Source: an uncultured Ignavibacteriota bacterium
GTDB lineage: Bacteria; Bacteroidota; Ignavibacteria; UBA10030; UBA8401
Length of the DNA stretch: 34,714 nt
Assembly: GCA_903907305.1 (NCBI GenBank)
Contig: CAIVNT010000636.1
Location: 1 to 34,714 of the forward strand
Direction: 5' to 3'
Shown one piece after another: positions 7,463 through 15,270 of the stretch; position 1 is the stretch's first letter, and every line of letters starts with the position of its first letter. Below the pieces are notes generated by a model, which was not told where the DNA came from, did not search any database, and worked only from the letters and a program-made list of their open reading frames with translations. A program made the translations under genes and the position numbers.

Positions 7463-8176
7463 TTATCTCCATTCATTCAGGAGTATCGGTTTGATGATCT
7501 TGGTAAACTCACGATAGGTGTCATCCTTGAAGTGGAGTTTATCGTCAAGATACAGTTCCATCCTCGCTGATCCTGTGGAATCGAACAGGATGGGATTCAC
7601 ATCGATGAATCTTCTTGTCTTCACGAGCGAGCAATAGTTCTTCACAAACGCATTCACAGAATCGATCGCACTCCACTTCGCTTGTCGAGACGGTGCTTTG
7701 TTCACTGAAACAAAAAAGATCTTCACTCCCGGCAGTTTCCGTTCCGCTTTCTCGAAGAACGCCTTGATGTTCCCCGTAATACTGTCCACCGGTACCGAAC
7801 CGCCGGCATCGTTGCTGCCGCAATAATAGACGATGATCTTCGGTTTATACGGCAGAACGATCTTATCCATATAGTATAACACTTCATGCGTGCGGGATCC
7901 GCCGAAGGCGCGATTGTACACCGGCAGCGGCGCCATATGTTCCTTTAATTGTTCCCACTTTCTAAAGATGCTGCTCCCGATAAATTCGATGGAGTGCATC
8001 GGCGGCGGTTGGACGGAATCTTCCTTGAGAAATGCATCAATAGCGGATTGGAACCGCAGTTTCCCTTTCACAGATGTGGAATCCTTCGCGGGAAGGAACT
8101 GCAGCGAAAGAACGATCATCGTACAAACGGTGAGCCACCGTAAGACATATATTGTATTTGTGTTCATCGAAATCAT
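7463..8176 (-). CDS. SGNH/GDSL-type hydrolase (probable carbohydrate O-acetylesterase), secreted
   Basis: SGNH blocks are present: IEFIGSSI (block I Ser), FGGSRT (block II), YCGSNDA (block III GxND) and DDKLHF (block V DxxH). The 5' part of the track ORF (to 8320) overlaps the SDR gene. ATG 8176 (MISMNTNTIYVLRWLTVCTMIVLSL, signal-like) lies 4 nt after the SDR stop. Confidence 0.7.
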   Translation of the reverse strand: MISMNTNTIYVLRWLTVCTMIVLSLQFLPAKDSTSVKGKLRFQSAIDAFLKEDSVQPPPMHSIEFIGSSIFRKWEQLKEHMAPLPVYNRAFGGSRTHEVLYYMDKIVLPYKPKIIVYYCGSNDAGGSVPVDSITGNIKAFFEKAERKLPGVKIFFVSVNKAPSRQAKWSAIDSVNAFVKNYCSLVKTRRFIDVNPILFDSTGSARMELYLDDKLHFKDDTYREFTKIIKPILLNEWR

Positions 8177-8180
8177 ATCA

Positions 8181-9029
8181 TCAGACTCCGGAATAGGCGT
8201 TGAACCCGCCGTCCACCGGGATGATGATGCCTGTAACGAATTTTGAGATATCGGAAAGCAGATACAATGCCGCTCCCTGCAGATCATCCGGTTCGCCGAA
8301 TTTTCCCATCGGTGTTCCATTGAGGATCTTATGTCCCCGCGCGGTCAGTTCGCCGGTCTTTTCATCCGTGAGAAGGAAACGGTTCTGATTGGTGAGGAAG
8401 AAACCGGGAGCAATGGCATTCACGCGGATATTCGTTTTTGCCAGATGCACCGCCAGCCATTCCGTAAAATTATTGATGGAAGCTTTTGCAGCGGAGTATG
8501 CGGGAATCTTCGTCAACGGCCGGAAGCCGTTCATCGACGATATATTCAGGACAGAACCACCACCTTTTTCGACCATATCCGTGGTGAAGACCATCGTCGG
8601 CAGAATGGTACCAAGGAAATTCAGATCGAACACTTTCCGGAATCCTTCAATGTCCAATCCGTAAAAGGATTGTTCGAGATTACTTCCGTCCTTATTGACG
8701 AACTCATCTTTTGTGGTCGCTTTGGCATTATTCCCTCCTGCGCAATTGATCAGGATGTCGATCTTTCCGAGTGCGGTGTTGATCTCCTGCTTTGCTTTCG
8801 TCAGAGACTCTTTGTCGAGAACGTTCCCTTCCACGCCGATGGAGCGGATGTTGTATTCCTTGTGAAGTTCAGCAGCAAGTGAATCCGCTGCGGATTTGAC
8901 CAGATCGATCACCGCGATATTCACACCGGCTGACGCGAGTCCAACGCAGAGTGATCTGCCGATAATTCCGCCGCCGCCGGTGATAACGCAGACCTTTCCG
9001 TTCAGATCATCGAATGATAATTTTTTCAT
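8181..9029 (-). CDS. uxuB: Short-chain dehydrogenase/reductase, probable SDR-type D-mannonate oxidoreductase (fructuronate reductase)
   Basis: Rossmann motif VITGGGGIIGRSL, catalytic YSAAK, NCAGG. It lies immediately downstream of uxuA (12-nt gap). This is the arrangement known for SDR-type UxuB (for example Bacillus YjmF and Bacteroidota). The SDR fold is certain. Substrate assignment is by context. Confidence 0.6.
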   Translation of the reverse strand: MKKLSFDDLNGKVCVITGGGGIIGRSLCVGLASAGVNIAVIDLVKSAADSLAAELHKEYNIRSIGVEGNVLDKESLTKAKQEINTALGKIDILINCAGGNNAKATTKDEFVNKDGSNLEQSFYGLDIEGFRKVFDLNFLGTILPTMVFTTDMVEKGGGSVLNISSMNGFRPLTKIPAYSAAKASINNFTEWLAVHLAKTNIRVNAIAPGFFLTNQNRFLLTDEKTGELTARGHKILNGTPMGKFGEPDDLQGAALYLLSDISKFVTGIIIPVDGGFNAYSGV

Positions 9030-9041
9030 ATTCTTTTCCTT

Positions 9042-10253
9042 TTATGTATTGAGTGAACGGATGATACCGAGTTCCAAACCGCGCAATTCTGCCAGACCAC
9101 GCAGTCGGCCAATGCCGGAGTAGCCGGGATTCGTCTTCTTTTTCAGATCATCCAGCATCTGGTGGCCGTGATCGGGACGCATCGGGATAGAGAGCTTACG
9201 ATGCTGCATCATCGTCACCAGTTGAGTCATCACCGCGAACATGTCCACGTCACCTTCAAGATGGTTATCCTCGTAGAAGTCCCCGTTCGCATTCCGCGTT
9301 GTGTTCCGCAAATGGATGAAGTGGATCCTCTCCGCGAATTGTTTCACCATGGCAGGAAGATCGTTGTCCGCGCGGACACCGAATGAACCGGTACAGAAAC
9401 ACAATCCATTACTGACCGAAGGAACGGCGACAACCAATTTCCGGAAATCATCTGCCGTGCTTACCACTCGCGGTAATCCGAGGATATTGTATGGAGGATC
9501 ATCGGGATGGATGGACATCACTGCACCGGCTGCCTCAGCCAATGAAACAACTTCTTTCAGGAAATGGATCAGATTCTGCCGAAGCCGGTCTGCATCGATA
9601 TTCTTGTATTTATCCAGCGCCAATTGGAATTGCTGAAGGGTGAACGATTCTTCGCTTCCGGGAAGTCCGGCGATGATGTTCCGTTCGAGCAGCTTCCGTT
9701 CATCGACGGTCATTGCTGAAAGGCATTGCTGCGCGCGTTCGATCTCTTCGCGTGAATACTCCTTCTCCGCACCGGGACGCTTCAGCAATAATGCATCGAA
9801 GGCAATGAATGCGGCGCGTTCAAACCGGAGCGCTTTACTTCCGTCCGCCACGGTGTAGGCAAGGTTCGTGCGCGTCCAGTCCAGCACCGGCATAAAATTA
9901 TATGTGATATTGGTGACGCCGCACTGTGCGAGATTTCTGACGGACTGTTTATAATTCTCGATGTATGTTTCGAATCCGGTGCTCTGCGTTTTGATATCTT
10001 CGTGGACCGGTACACTTTCCACAACACTCCAGACCATTCCCGCCTGTTCGATCTCATTCTTCCGTTTCAGGATCTCTTCAATTGTCCAGACTGTGCCATT
10101 AGGAACATGATGCAGTGCCGTAACGATGCCTGTGCATCCTGCCTGGCGTATATCCGCAAGACTGACCGGATCGTTCGGTCCGAACCAGCGCATCGTCTGT
10201 TCAAGACAGAATGTTTCTCGCGGCGCGTATTTCTGTGTGATCTTTAGTGCCAT
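9042..10253 (-). CDS. uxuA: Mannonate dehydratase UxuA
   Basis: [40 protein letters not shown] closely parallels the E. coli UxuA N-terminus ([33 protein letters not shown]). The length fits. The track start at 10271 is TTG. ATG 10253 follows AAGGAG by 5 nt. Confidence 0.9.
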   Translation of the reverse strand: MALKITQKYAPRETFCLEQTMRWFGPNDPVSLADIRQAGCTGIVTALHHVPNGTVWTIEEILKRKNEIEQAGMVWSVVESVPVHEDIKTQSTGFETYIENYKQSVRNLAQCGVTNITYNFMPVLDWTRTNLAYTVADGSKALRFERAAFIAFDALLLKRPGAEKEYSREEIERAQQCLSAMTVDERKLLERNIIAGLPGSEESFTLQQFQLALDKYKNIDADRLRQNLIHFLKEVVSLAEAAGAVMSIHPDDPPYNILGLPRVVSTADDFRKLVVAVPSVSNGLCFCTGSFGVRADNDLPAMVKQFAERIHFIHLRNTTRNANGDFYEDNHLEGDVDMFAVMTQLVTMMQHRKLSIPMRPDHGHQMLDDLKKKTNPGYSGIGRLRGLAELRGLELGIIRSLNT

Positions 10254-10296
10254 TGCATCTCCTTCTTTCAAAAAGATAATAATTACTCAGCGACTT

Positions 10297-10325
10297 CAAA
10301 TATACCATCAATGTTAGATAGCAAA
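10297..10325 (-). promoter_or_regulatory. Candidate internal promoter for uxuA-uxuB
   Basis: The minus strand reads TTTG-N17-TATATTTG, with TGGTATATT acting as an extended -10. This matches both the Bacteroidota-type -33 TTTG / -7 TAnnTTTG pattern and a TGn-extended -10. It sits about 45 nt upstream of ATG 10253 and just downstream of the terminator at 10352-10388. Confidence 0.3.
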
Positions 10326-10351
10326 TCGCCACTCCCAAGGGATGCCTTTGG

Positions 10352-10388
10352 CAAAAGACACTAAAACCCGCCAAACAACACGGCGGGT
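10352..10388 (-). terminator. Intrinsic terminator inside the operon, between the exuT-like gene and uxuA
   Basis: The minus strand reads CCCGCC-GTGTTGTTT-GGCGGG (10387..10367; one flanking A-T pair extends the stem to 10388..10366), followed by TTTTAGTGTCTTTTG. Confidence 0.6.
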
Positions 10389-10538
10389 CCCGAAGGGACA
10401 CCTTAGGTGCAGGCACAAAATTCCACAAAGGAGAAACGATAAATTTGTGGAAGGTATTTCTACCACCAATTTGGTGACTTAGTGTCTTTGTGGCAGTGAG
10501 CAAAAACGTTGTGCACACTGAGTATTTACAAAAATATG

Positions 10539-11810
10539 TTACAAGACAATCGGTTTTGCTTTCCCAGTCAGAAGAGTCATTATCCCGAGCGCCACCAGAT
10601 AGGCGGAGCCGGAAATAATGAACAGCGGCAGGTAACTTCCTGTCAACTCGAGGATATATCCTGTCGCCGGCGCAAAGAGCATTCCACCCACAGCGCCGGC
10701 CATACCGCCGAGGCCGACCACCGAGCCGACCGCTTTCTTGGGGAAAATATCCGACGCGGTCGTAAAGATATTAGCGGACCAACCTTGATGAGCTGCTGCC
10801 GCAAGTCCGATCAGCAGCACAGCGATCCACAGTTCGGTAACCTGTGATGCAAAAACGATCGGTGTTACGAACAGAGCGCAGATGAGCATCACCATTTTCC
10901 TGCTTCTATTCACCGCCATTCCCCTTTTGATCAGGAACGAGGAGAGCCATCCGCCGCCGATGCTGCCGAAACTCGTCATAGTATAGATAGCGATCAGCGG
11001 TAATCCAAGCGTTGTGATAGTCAGTCCATATTCTTTATTCAAAAATTTCGGCAGCCAGTACAGATAGAACCACCAGATGGGATCAGTGAGAAATTTCCCC
11101 GCAATGAACGCCCACGTCTGGCGGTATTTCAACAGACCGAGCCACGGGGTCCTTTCTGTGGAAAGTTCGGGAGGATCCTGCTGGATGTAGCGCAGTTCTG
11201 CGGGATACAGTCTCTTCGTATTCTCCGGCCGCTCATAGAAGAACATCCACAGGATGATCCAAAAGAATCCGAGCGCGCCGGTGACGATGAATGCTTCCTG
11301 CCAACCGTACGTAATGGTGAGCCAGGGAACAACTGCGGGTGCAAGGACTGCACCGATATTTGCTCCCGAATTGAAGATGCCTGTTGCAAGAGCCCGTTCT
11401 TTTTTGGGAAACCATTCTGCAACTGTCTTAATGGCCGCCGGAAAATTTCCCGATTCACTCAGTCCGAGTCCGGCGCGCGCGGCGCCGAAACCGAACGGGG
11501 TCGTCACCAACGCATGGAGCATCGCCGCAACGCTCCACCAGGCGACCGAAACAGTGTATCCGATCTTCGTGCCGAAACGGTCGATGAACCAGCCGAAGAA
11601 GAGAAGACCGAGCGCATACGAACCCTGGAACGCGGTGACGATGTATCCGTATTCCATTTCCGACCAGCCGATCTCCTTCTGCAAAACGGGAGCCAACAGT
11701 CCAAGGATCTGACGGTCAATATAATTGATTGTGGTGGCAAAGAACAAGAGTGCGCAGATGAACCATCGATACCGGCCCCCCTGTGGAAGTGATTCATTCA
11801 TTGTCATCAT
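10539..11810 (-). CDS. exuT: MFS transporter, hexuronate transporter ExuT-like (ACS family)
   Basis: 423 aa and about 12 TM. GTKIGY, EWFPKKERALATGIFNSGANIGA and GWQEAFIVTGALGFFWIILWMFFYERPE parallel E. coli ExuT (GTKIGY, EWFPAKERS, SWQMAFIISGALSFIW...FYKHP). It starts 7 nt after the uxaC stop. Confidence 0.8.
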   Translation of the reverse strand: MMTMNESLPQGGRYRWFICALLFFATTINYIDRQILGLLAPVLQKEIGWSEMEYGYIVTAFQGSYALGLLFFGWFIDRFGTKIGYTVSVAWWSVAAMLHALVTTPFGFGAARAGLGLSESGNFPAAIKTVAEWFPKKERALATGIFNSGANIGAVLAPAVVPWLTITYGWQEAFIVTGALGFFWIILWMFFYERPENTKRLYPAELRYIQQDPPELSTERTPWLGLLKYRQTWAFIAGKFLTDPIWWFYLYWLPKFLNKEYGLTITTLGLPLIAIYTMTSFGSIGGGWLSSFLIKRGMAVNRSRKMVMLICALFVTPIVFASQVTELWIAVLLIGLAAAAHQGWSANIFTTASDIFPKKAVGSVVGLGGMAGAVGGMLFAPATGYILELTGSYLPLFIISGSAYLVALGIMTLLTGKAKPIVL

Positions 11811-11817
11811 CCTTCAT

Positions 11818-13242
11818 TTAAAGTTTATACGCTTTTTTAACCAGACCGTTCGTCATCTGAACGACCATCTCGGCAGCATCTTCCATCCGGATGATACTGC
11901 GTGCAACCAATCCTGCGGCATAATTACAATCCATCCTTCTGGAAAGATCGTGACGGGCGGGAATGGAGAGGAACGCTCTCGTGTCGTCATTGAATCCAGC
12001 TGTATTGTATAATCCTGCTGTTTCCATCACCGTCTGACGATAGCGTGTCATCCCTTCGATACTGTCGTGGAACCACCATGCCGGTCCGAGTTTCATGGAG
12101 GGGTAATGTCCCGCCAGCGGAGCAAGTTCGCGCGCATATGTGGATTCATCCAGCGTGAAGACAATGAATGTAAAGTTCTTCTCAGAGCCGTATTTATTCA
12201 GCAGCGGACTGAGATTGTTCGTGTATTCCATCCGGTGCGGTATGTCGGAACCTTTGTCCGGTCCAAATCGGTCAAACAATCGTTGATCGTGATTGCGGAA
12301 TGAACCGGCGTGAAGCTGCATCACCATTCCGTCGTCAACGCTCATTCGTGCCATTTCCATCAGCATGTGAGCGGAGAAGAGCTTTGCATCTTCCGGCGTC
12401 GCCGTCCCTTTTCTTGCACGCTGGAAGATCTCTTCGATCTGTGATCCGGTCAGTTCAAGTGTCAACGGAGAATGGGCACCGTGATCCGTTGCGGCTGCGC
12501 CGAAGGAACGGAAATAGGTCCGGCGCTCCTCCAGTGCTGTGATAAAATGTGTGAAGGTGGTGATCTCATTCTTCAGCCACACTTCGAGTAGTTCAAGATG
12601 CTGTTTCCAATTTTTGTTTGTAAGATCCGTCACCGAATCCGGTCTGAACGTTGGGATGACGCGTCCGTTCCATCCCGAATCGCGGATGGACTGATGCGCT
12701 TCAAGCGGATCGTTCACGGCGTCGGTGGTGGCCAGCACTTCGATCTTAAATCGTTCGAAGAGAGCGCGCGGCCGGAATTGCGGCTGGCTTAATTTCTCGG
12801 AGATGTTGTCATAGATACGTTTAGCAGATCTCGCGTCCAACCGCTCTTTAATACCGAGAACTTCAGAGAGTTCATATTCGAACCAGACCCCGCTCGGCGT
12901 CCCGCGGAAAAGATGGATATTCTCCGCGAACAGCTCCCATATCCTGCGCGGATCCTTTTCATACGCAGTCCCGTTCAACGAATGAATTCCCAGCGATTCA
13001 AGCGGAATTCCCTGTGAATGCAGCATACGGAATACATAGTGGTCCGGAATAATGAAGAGCTCTGCAGGATTCGGGAATGGAGCATTTTCGGCAAACAATG
13101 CCGGGTCGACATGTCCGTGCGGACTGATAATGGGAAGATCCTTTACCATTGAATATAATTCCTGTGCGATCTTCTTCACAGCAGGATTGGGATCAAAGAA
13201 ACGGTCATTACTCAATTCATAGTTCATACAAAACTCAATCAT
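11818..13242 (-). CDS. uxaC: Glucuronate (uronate) isomerase UxaC
   Basis: 474 aa. The N-terminal PIISPHGHVDP metal-binding motif and the overall length match UxaC. It is adjacent to exuT/uxuA/uxuB. The start could instead be ATG 13227. Confidence 0.88.
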   Translation of the reverse strand: MIEFCMNYELSNDRFFDPNPAVKKIAQELYSMVKDLPIISPHGHVDPALFAENAPFPNPAELFIIPDHYVFRMLHSQGIPLESLGIHSLNGTAYEKDPRRIWELFAENIHLFRGTPSGVWFEYELSEVLGIKERLDARSAKRIYDNISEKLSQPQFRPRALFERFKIEVLATTDAVNDPLEAHQSIRDSGWNGRVIPTFRPDSVTDLTNKNWKQHLELLEVWLKNEITTFTHFITALEERRTYFRSFGAAATDHGAHSPLTLELTGSQIEEIFQRARKGTATPEDAKLFSAHMLMEMARMSVDDGMVMQLHAGSFRNHDQRLFDRFGPDKGSDIPHRMEYTNNLSPLLNKYGSEKNFTFIVFTLDESTYARELAPLAGHYPSMKLGPAWWFHDSIEGMTRYRQTVMETAGLYNTAGFNDDTRAFLSIPARHDLSRRMDCNYAAGLVARSIIRMEDAAEMVVQMTNGLVKKAYKL

Positions 13243-13361
13243 TCAAACATTGTACCGATGAGAAAAACAGTGTCGTCTTTTGAAGCAGTGTTACGATGGA
13301 TGGAATCGTTCGCCGAGTGAAGACTATCCGAAATCGAATTGAAGAATATCTGTAACTGCCC

Positions 13362-15197
13362 TTACTTTAGCAGCACCATCCGTTTTGTTCCGTGAAATTC
13401 ACCGGCGGCCAAACGGTAGAAATATACTCCCGATGGATATCGTGCCGCATTGAACGGGATCGAATAAGTTCCTGCGGGGCGGTATCCGTTCACGAGCGTT
13501 TCGGTAAGGACCCCCAATGCATTGTACACTTCAAGAAGGACCATCTGTGATAATGGAATGGAAAATGAAATGACCGATGACGGATTGAACGGATTCGGGT
13601 AATTCTGATGGAGTGCAAATTCCGACGGCTGCTGCAGTTCATTTTTTTTTATACCCAAAGAACCCTGATACTCAAACGCTCCTCTATCCACCCCGCCTAA
13701 AGAAGGGACGGGATTACCGAGGATATCCTTTGCCGGATGATTCGGGAAAAGGACGCCGGAGTTGATCACAGGAGAAGAAACCTGCAGCGCATATCCTGAT
13801 ATCGTGCCGATGCCGGTCGAAGCAGATCCCGCCGAAACGAATTTCGGATCACTCACAAGTTTGTTGGAATCTTCCGGTTCGCCTGACGGATGGAATCCAT
13901 AGAACGTGTTGTAATTGAACTCTCTCGTATATCCGCTCGTTCTGAAATCGTACGATGCATTCGAACTGAGATTATAGATAACATTATTCCGGAATGTATA
14001 ATTGCGCGTTCCGGTATTCACATTCCGTTCGGAGATGATGGTCGGAGAAAGTCCTTGTCCGATAAAAACGGTATTGTTATAGATCTGAACTGATGTAACG
14101 GGATAATTCACGCAGAAGATGATTCCTTTGTCGTTCTGACTGACGTTGTAGCGGCAGATGATATTGGAATCGGGCTGAGAATTACACGTCCAGAAGAGAC
14201 CATGACTGTTGTCGTGACTGTAACTGTACTGGAAAATGATATTCGAACTTTTCAGATCGGCATCGTACATGCTCCCGTCTCCAAAATCTCCTCCCTGCAG
14301 AGATGCTCTGTTGAAATATCCTTCGTTGTATTGGAACACTGTTCCGCTGCAGCTGGAAGTGAACATCGTATTGCCGGTCGTTTTCAGCGCTGTCTCATAG
14401 CAGACGTTCTTCTCGATCAGTCCGCCATCGAAGAGACGGATGATCATCGCGTTCTTGGCGATATGATGAATGGTATTATTTCGAATCACGACATTGGTGA
14501 ACCGGCGCTTGATCCAATCCGCACCACCCGGCGTATTCCGGAAGATAAGATTATCCGTATAGATCCCTGTATTGTCGATATTATAGATGCTGCAGTTTTC
14601 GATCACGATATCATCGAACCGTGTTGCCGCGCCGCGGTCCGTCGTTGTTTCGATCCCGATACCGGCTGTCCGTTTTGATGCATCATCATTCCCGACGGTC
14701 CCCTTCACATCGTGGATATCGAGATTGCGCAGAATGATATGTTCTACCAGACCGAAATCGGAGGCACTTATAAGCACACCGCGTCTGTCCCCGGCAACAT
14801 CGGCGGAGTTCGTGATCTCAAGATCACTGATCTCCCAGAACTTTCCGTTGTTCAAATGCAGCGTAGCGGAGCCGACGATGCCGTTCCCGTCGATCCTCGG
14901 TTTCTGCGAACCGCCATACTTGGTGACAACGATCGGAAGTTCCTTTATGCCGGAACCATGCGGAAGCAATTGACCGCTCCACACCGAACCGGCTTTCAAA
15001 TAGACAGTATCTCCCGGCTGGAACGTTGCTGCATTGACCTTCGCGAGACTCTTCCACGCAGCAGCGGCGGATTTCCCGTCATTCAGATCATTCCCGTTCA
15101 CTGCATCCGCAAAATACGCGGTGGATTGTCCGCTTCCGCATTGCGCGAGGACAAGGAACAAAACTGCGATCAGCCGTGATGCTGTCATGATTTCCAT
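13362..15197 (-). CDS. Secreted right-handed parallel beta-helix protein with T9SS C-terminal sorting domain (candidate polysaccharide lyase/hydrolase, family unknown)
   Basis: It has repeated PbH1-like turns (RNLDIHDVKG, IENCSIYNIDNTGIY, RNNTIHHIAKNAMII, NNVIYN) and a signal peptide (MTASRLIAVLFLVLAQCGSG). The C-terminus NYPNPFNPSSVISFSIP...GVYFYRL...KRMVLLK is a T9SS type-A CTD. The track start at 15227 is TTG. The first ATGs are 15197 and 15188. Confidence 0.6.
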   Translation of the reverse strand: MEIMTASRLIAVLFLVLAQCGSGQSTAYFADAVNGNDLNDGKSAAAAWKSLAKVNAATFQPGDTVYLKAGSVWSGQLLPHGSGIKELPIVVTKYGGSQKPRIDGNGIVGSATLHLNNGKFWEISDLEITNSADVAGDRRGVLISASDFGLVEHIILRNLDIHDVKGTVGNDDASKRTAGIGIETTTDRGAATRFDDIVIENCSIYNIDNTGIYTDNLIFRNTPGGADWIKRRFTNVVIRNNTIHHIAKNAMIIRLFDGGLIEKNVCYETALKTTGNTMFTSSCSGTVFQYNEGYFNRASLQGGDFGDGSMYDADLKSSNIIFQYSYSHDNSHGLFWTCNSQPDSNIICRYNVSQNDKGIIFCVNYPVTSVQIYNNTVFIGQGLSPTIISERNVNTGTRNYTFRNNVIYNLSSNASYDFRTSGYTREFNYNTFYGFHPSGEPEDSNKLVSDPKFVSAGSASTGIGTISGYALQVSSPVINSGVLFPNHPAKDILGNPVPSLGGVDRGAFEYQGSLGIKKNELQQPSEFALHQNYPNPFNPSSVISFSIPLSQMVLLEVYNALGVLTETLVNGYRPAGTYSIPFNAARYPSGVYFYRLAAGEFHGTKRMVLLK

Positions 15198-15227
15198 TTC
15201 TGTTGATGAGATCGGTGTCGTATGCAA

Positions 15228-15252
15228 GGACCGTCACACACCGTGACGGTCC
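15228..15252 (-). other. Perfect GC-rich intercistronic stem-loop without U-tract
   Basis: GGACCGTCAC (15228-15237) pairs with GTGACGGTCC (15243-15252), with a 5-nt loop. It lies 19 nt downstream of the esterase stop (15271) and about 30 nt upstream of the next ATG. No T-run follows it on either strand. Confidence 0.5.
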
Positions 15253-15270
15253 CTGTAAGGTACCGAACAA

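Noticed and set aside
10201-10518. 105-aa minus-strand ORF spanning the exuT-uxuA spacer
   Set aside because: It overlaps the uxuA start and runs through the terminator and hairpins. It has no motif, and the region is better explained as structured RNA.
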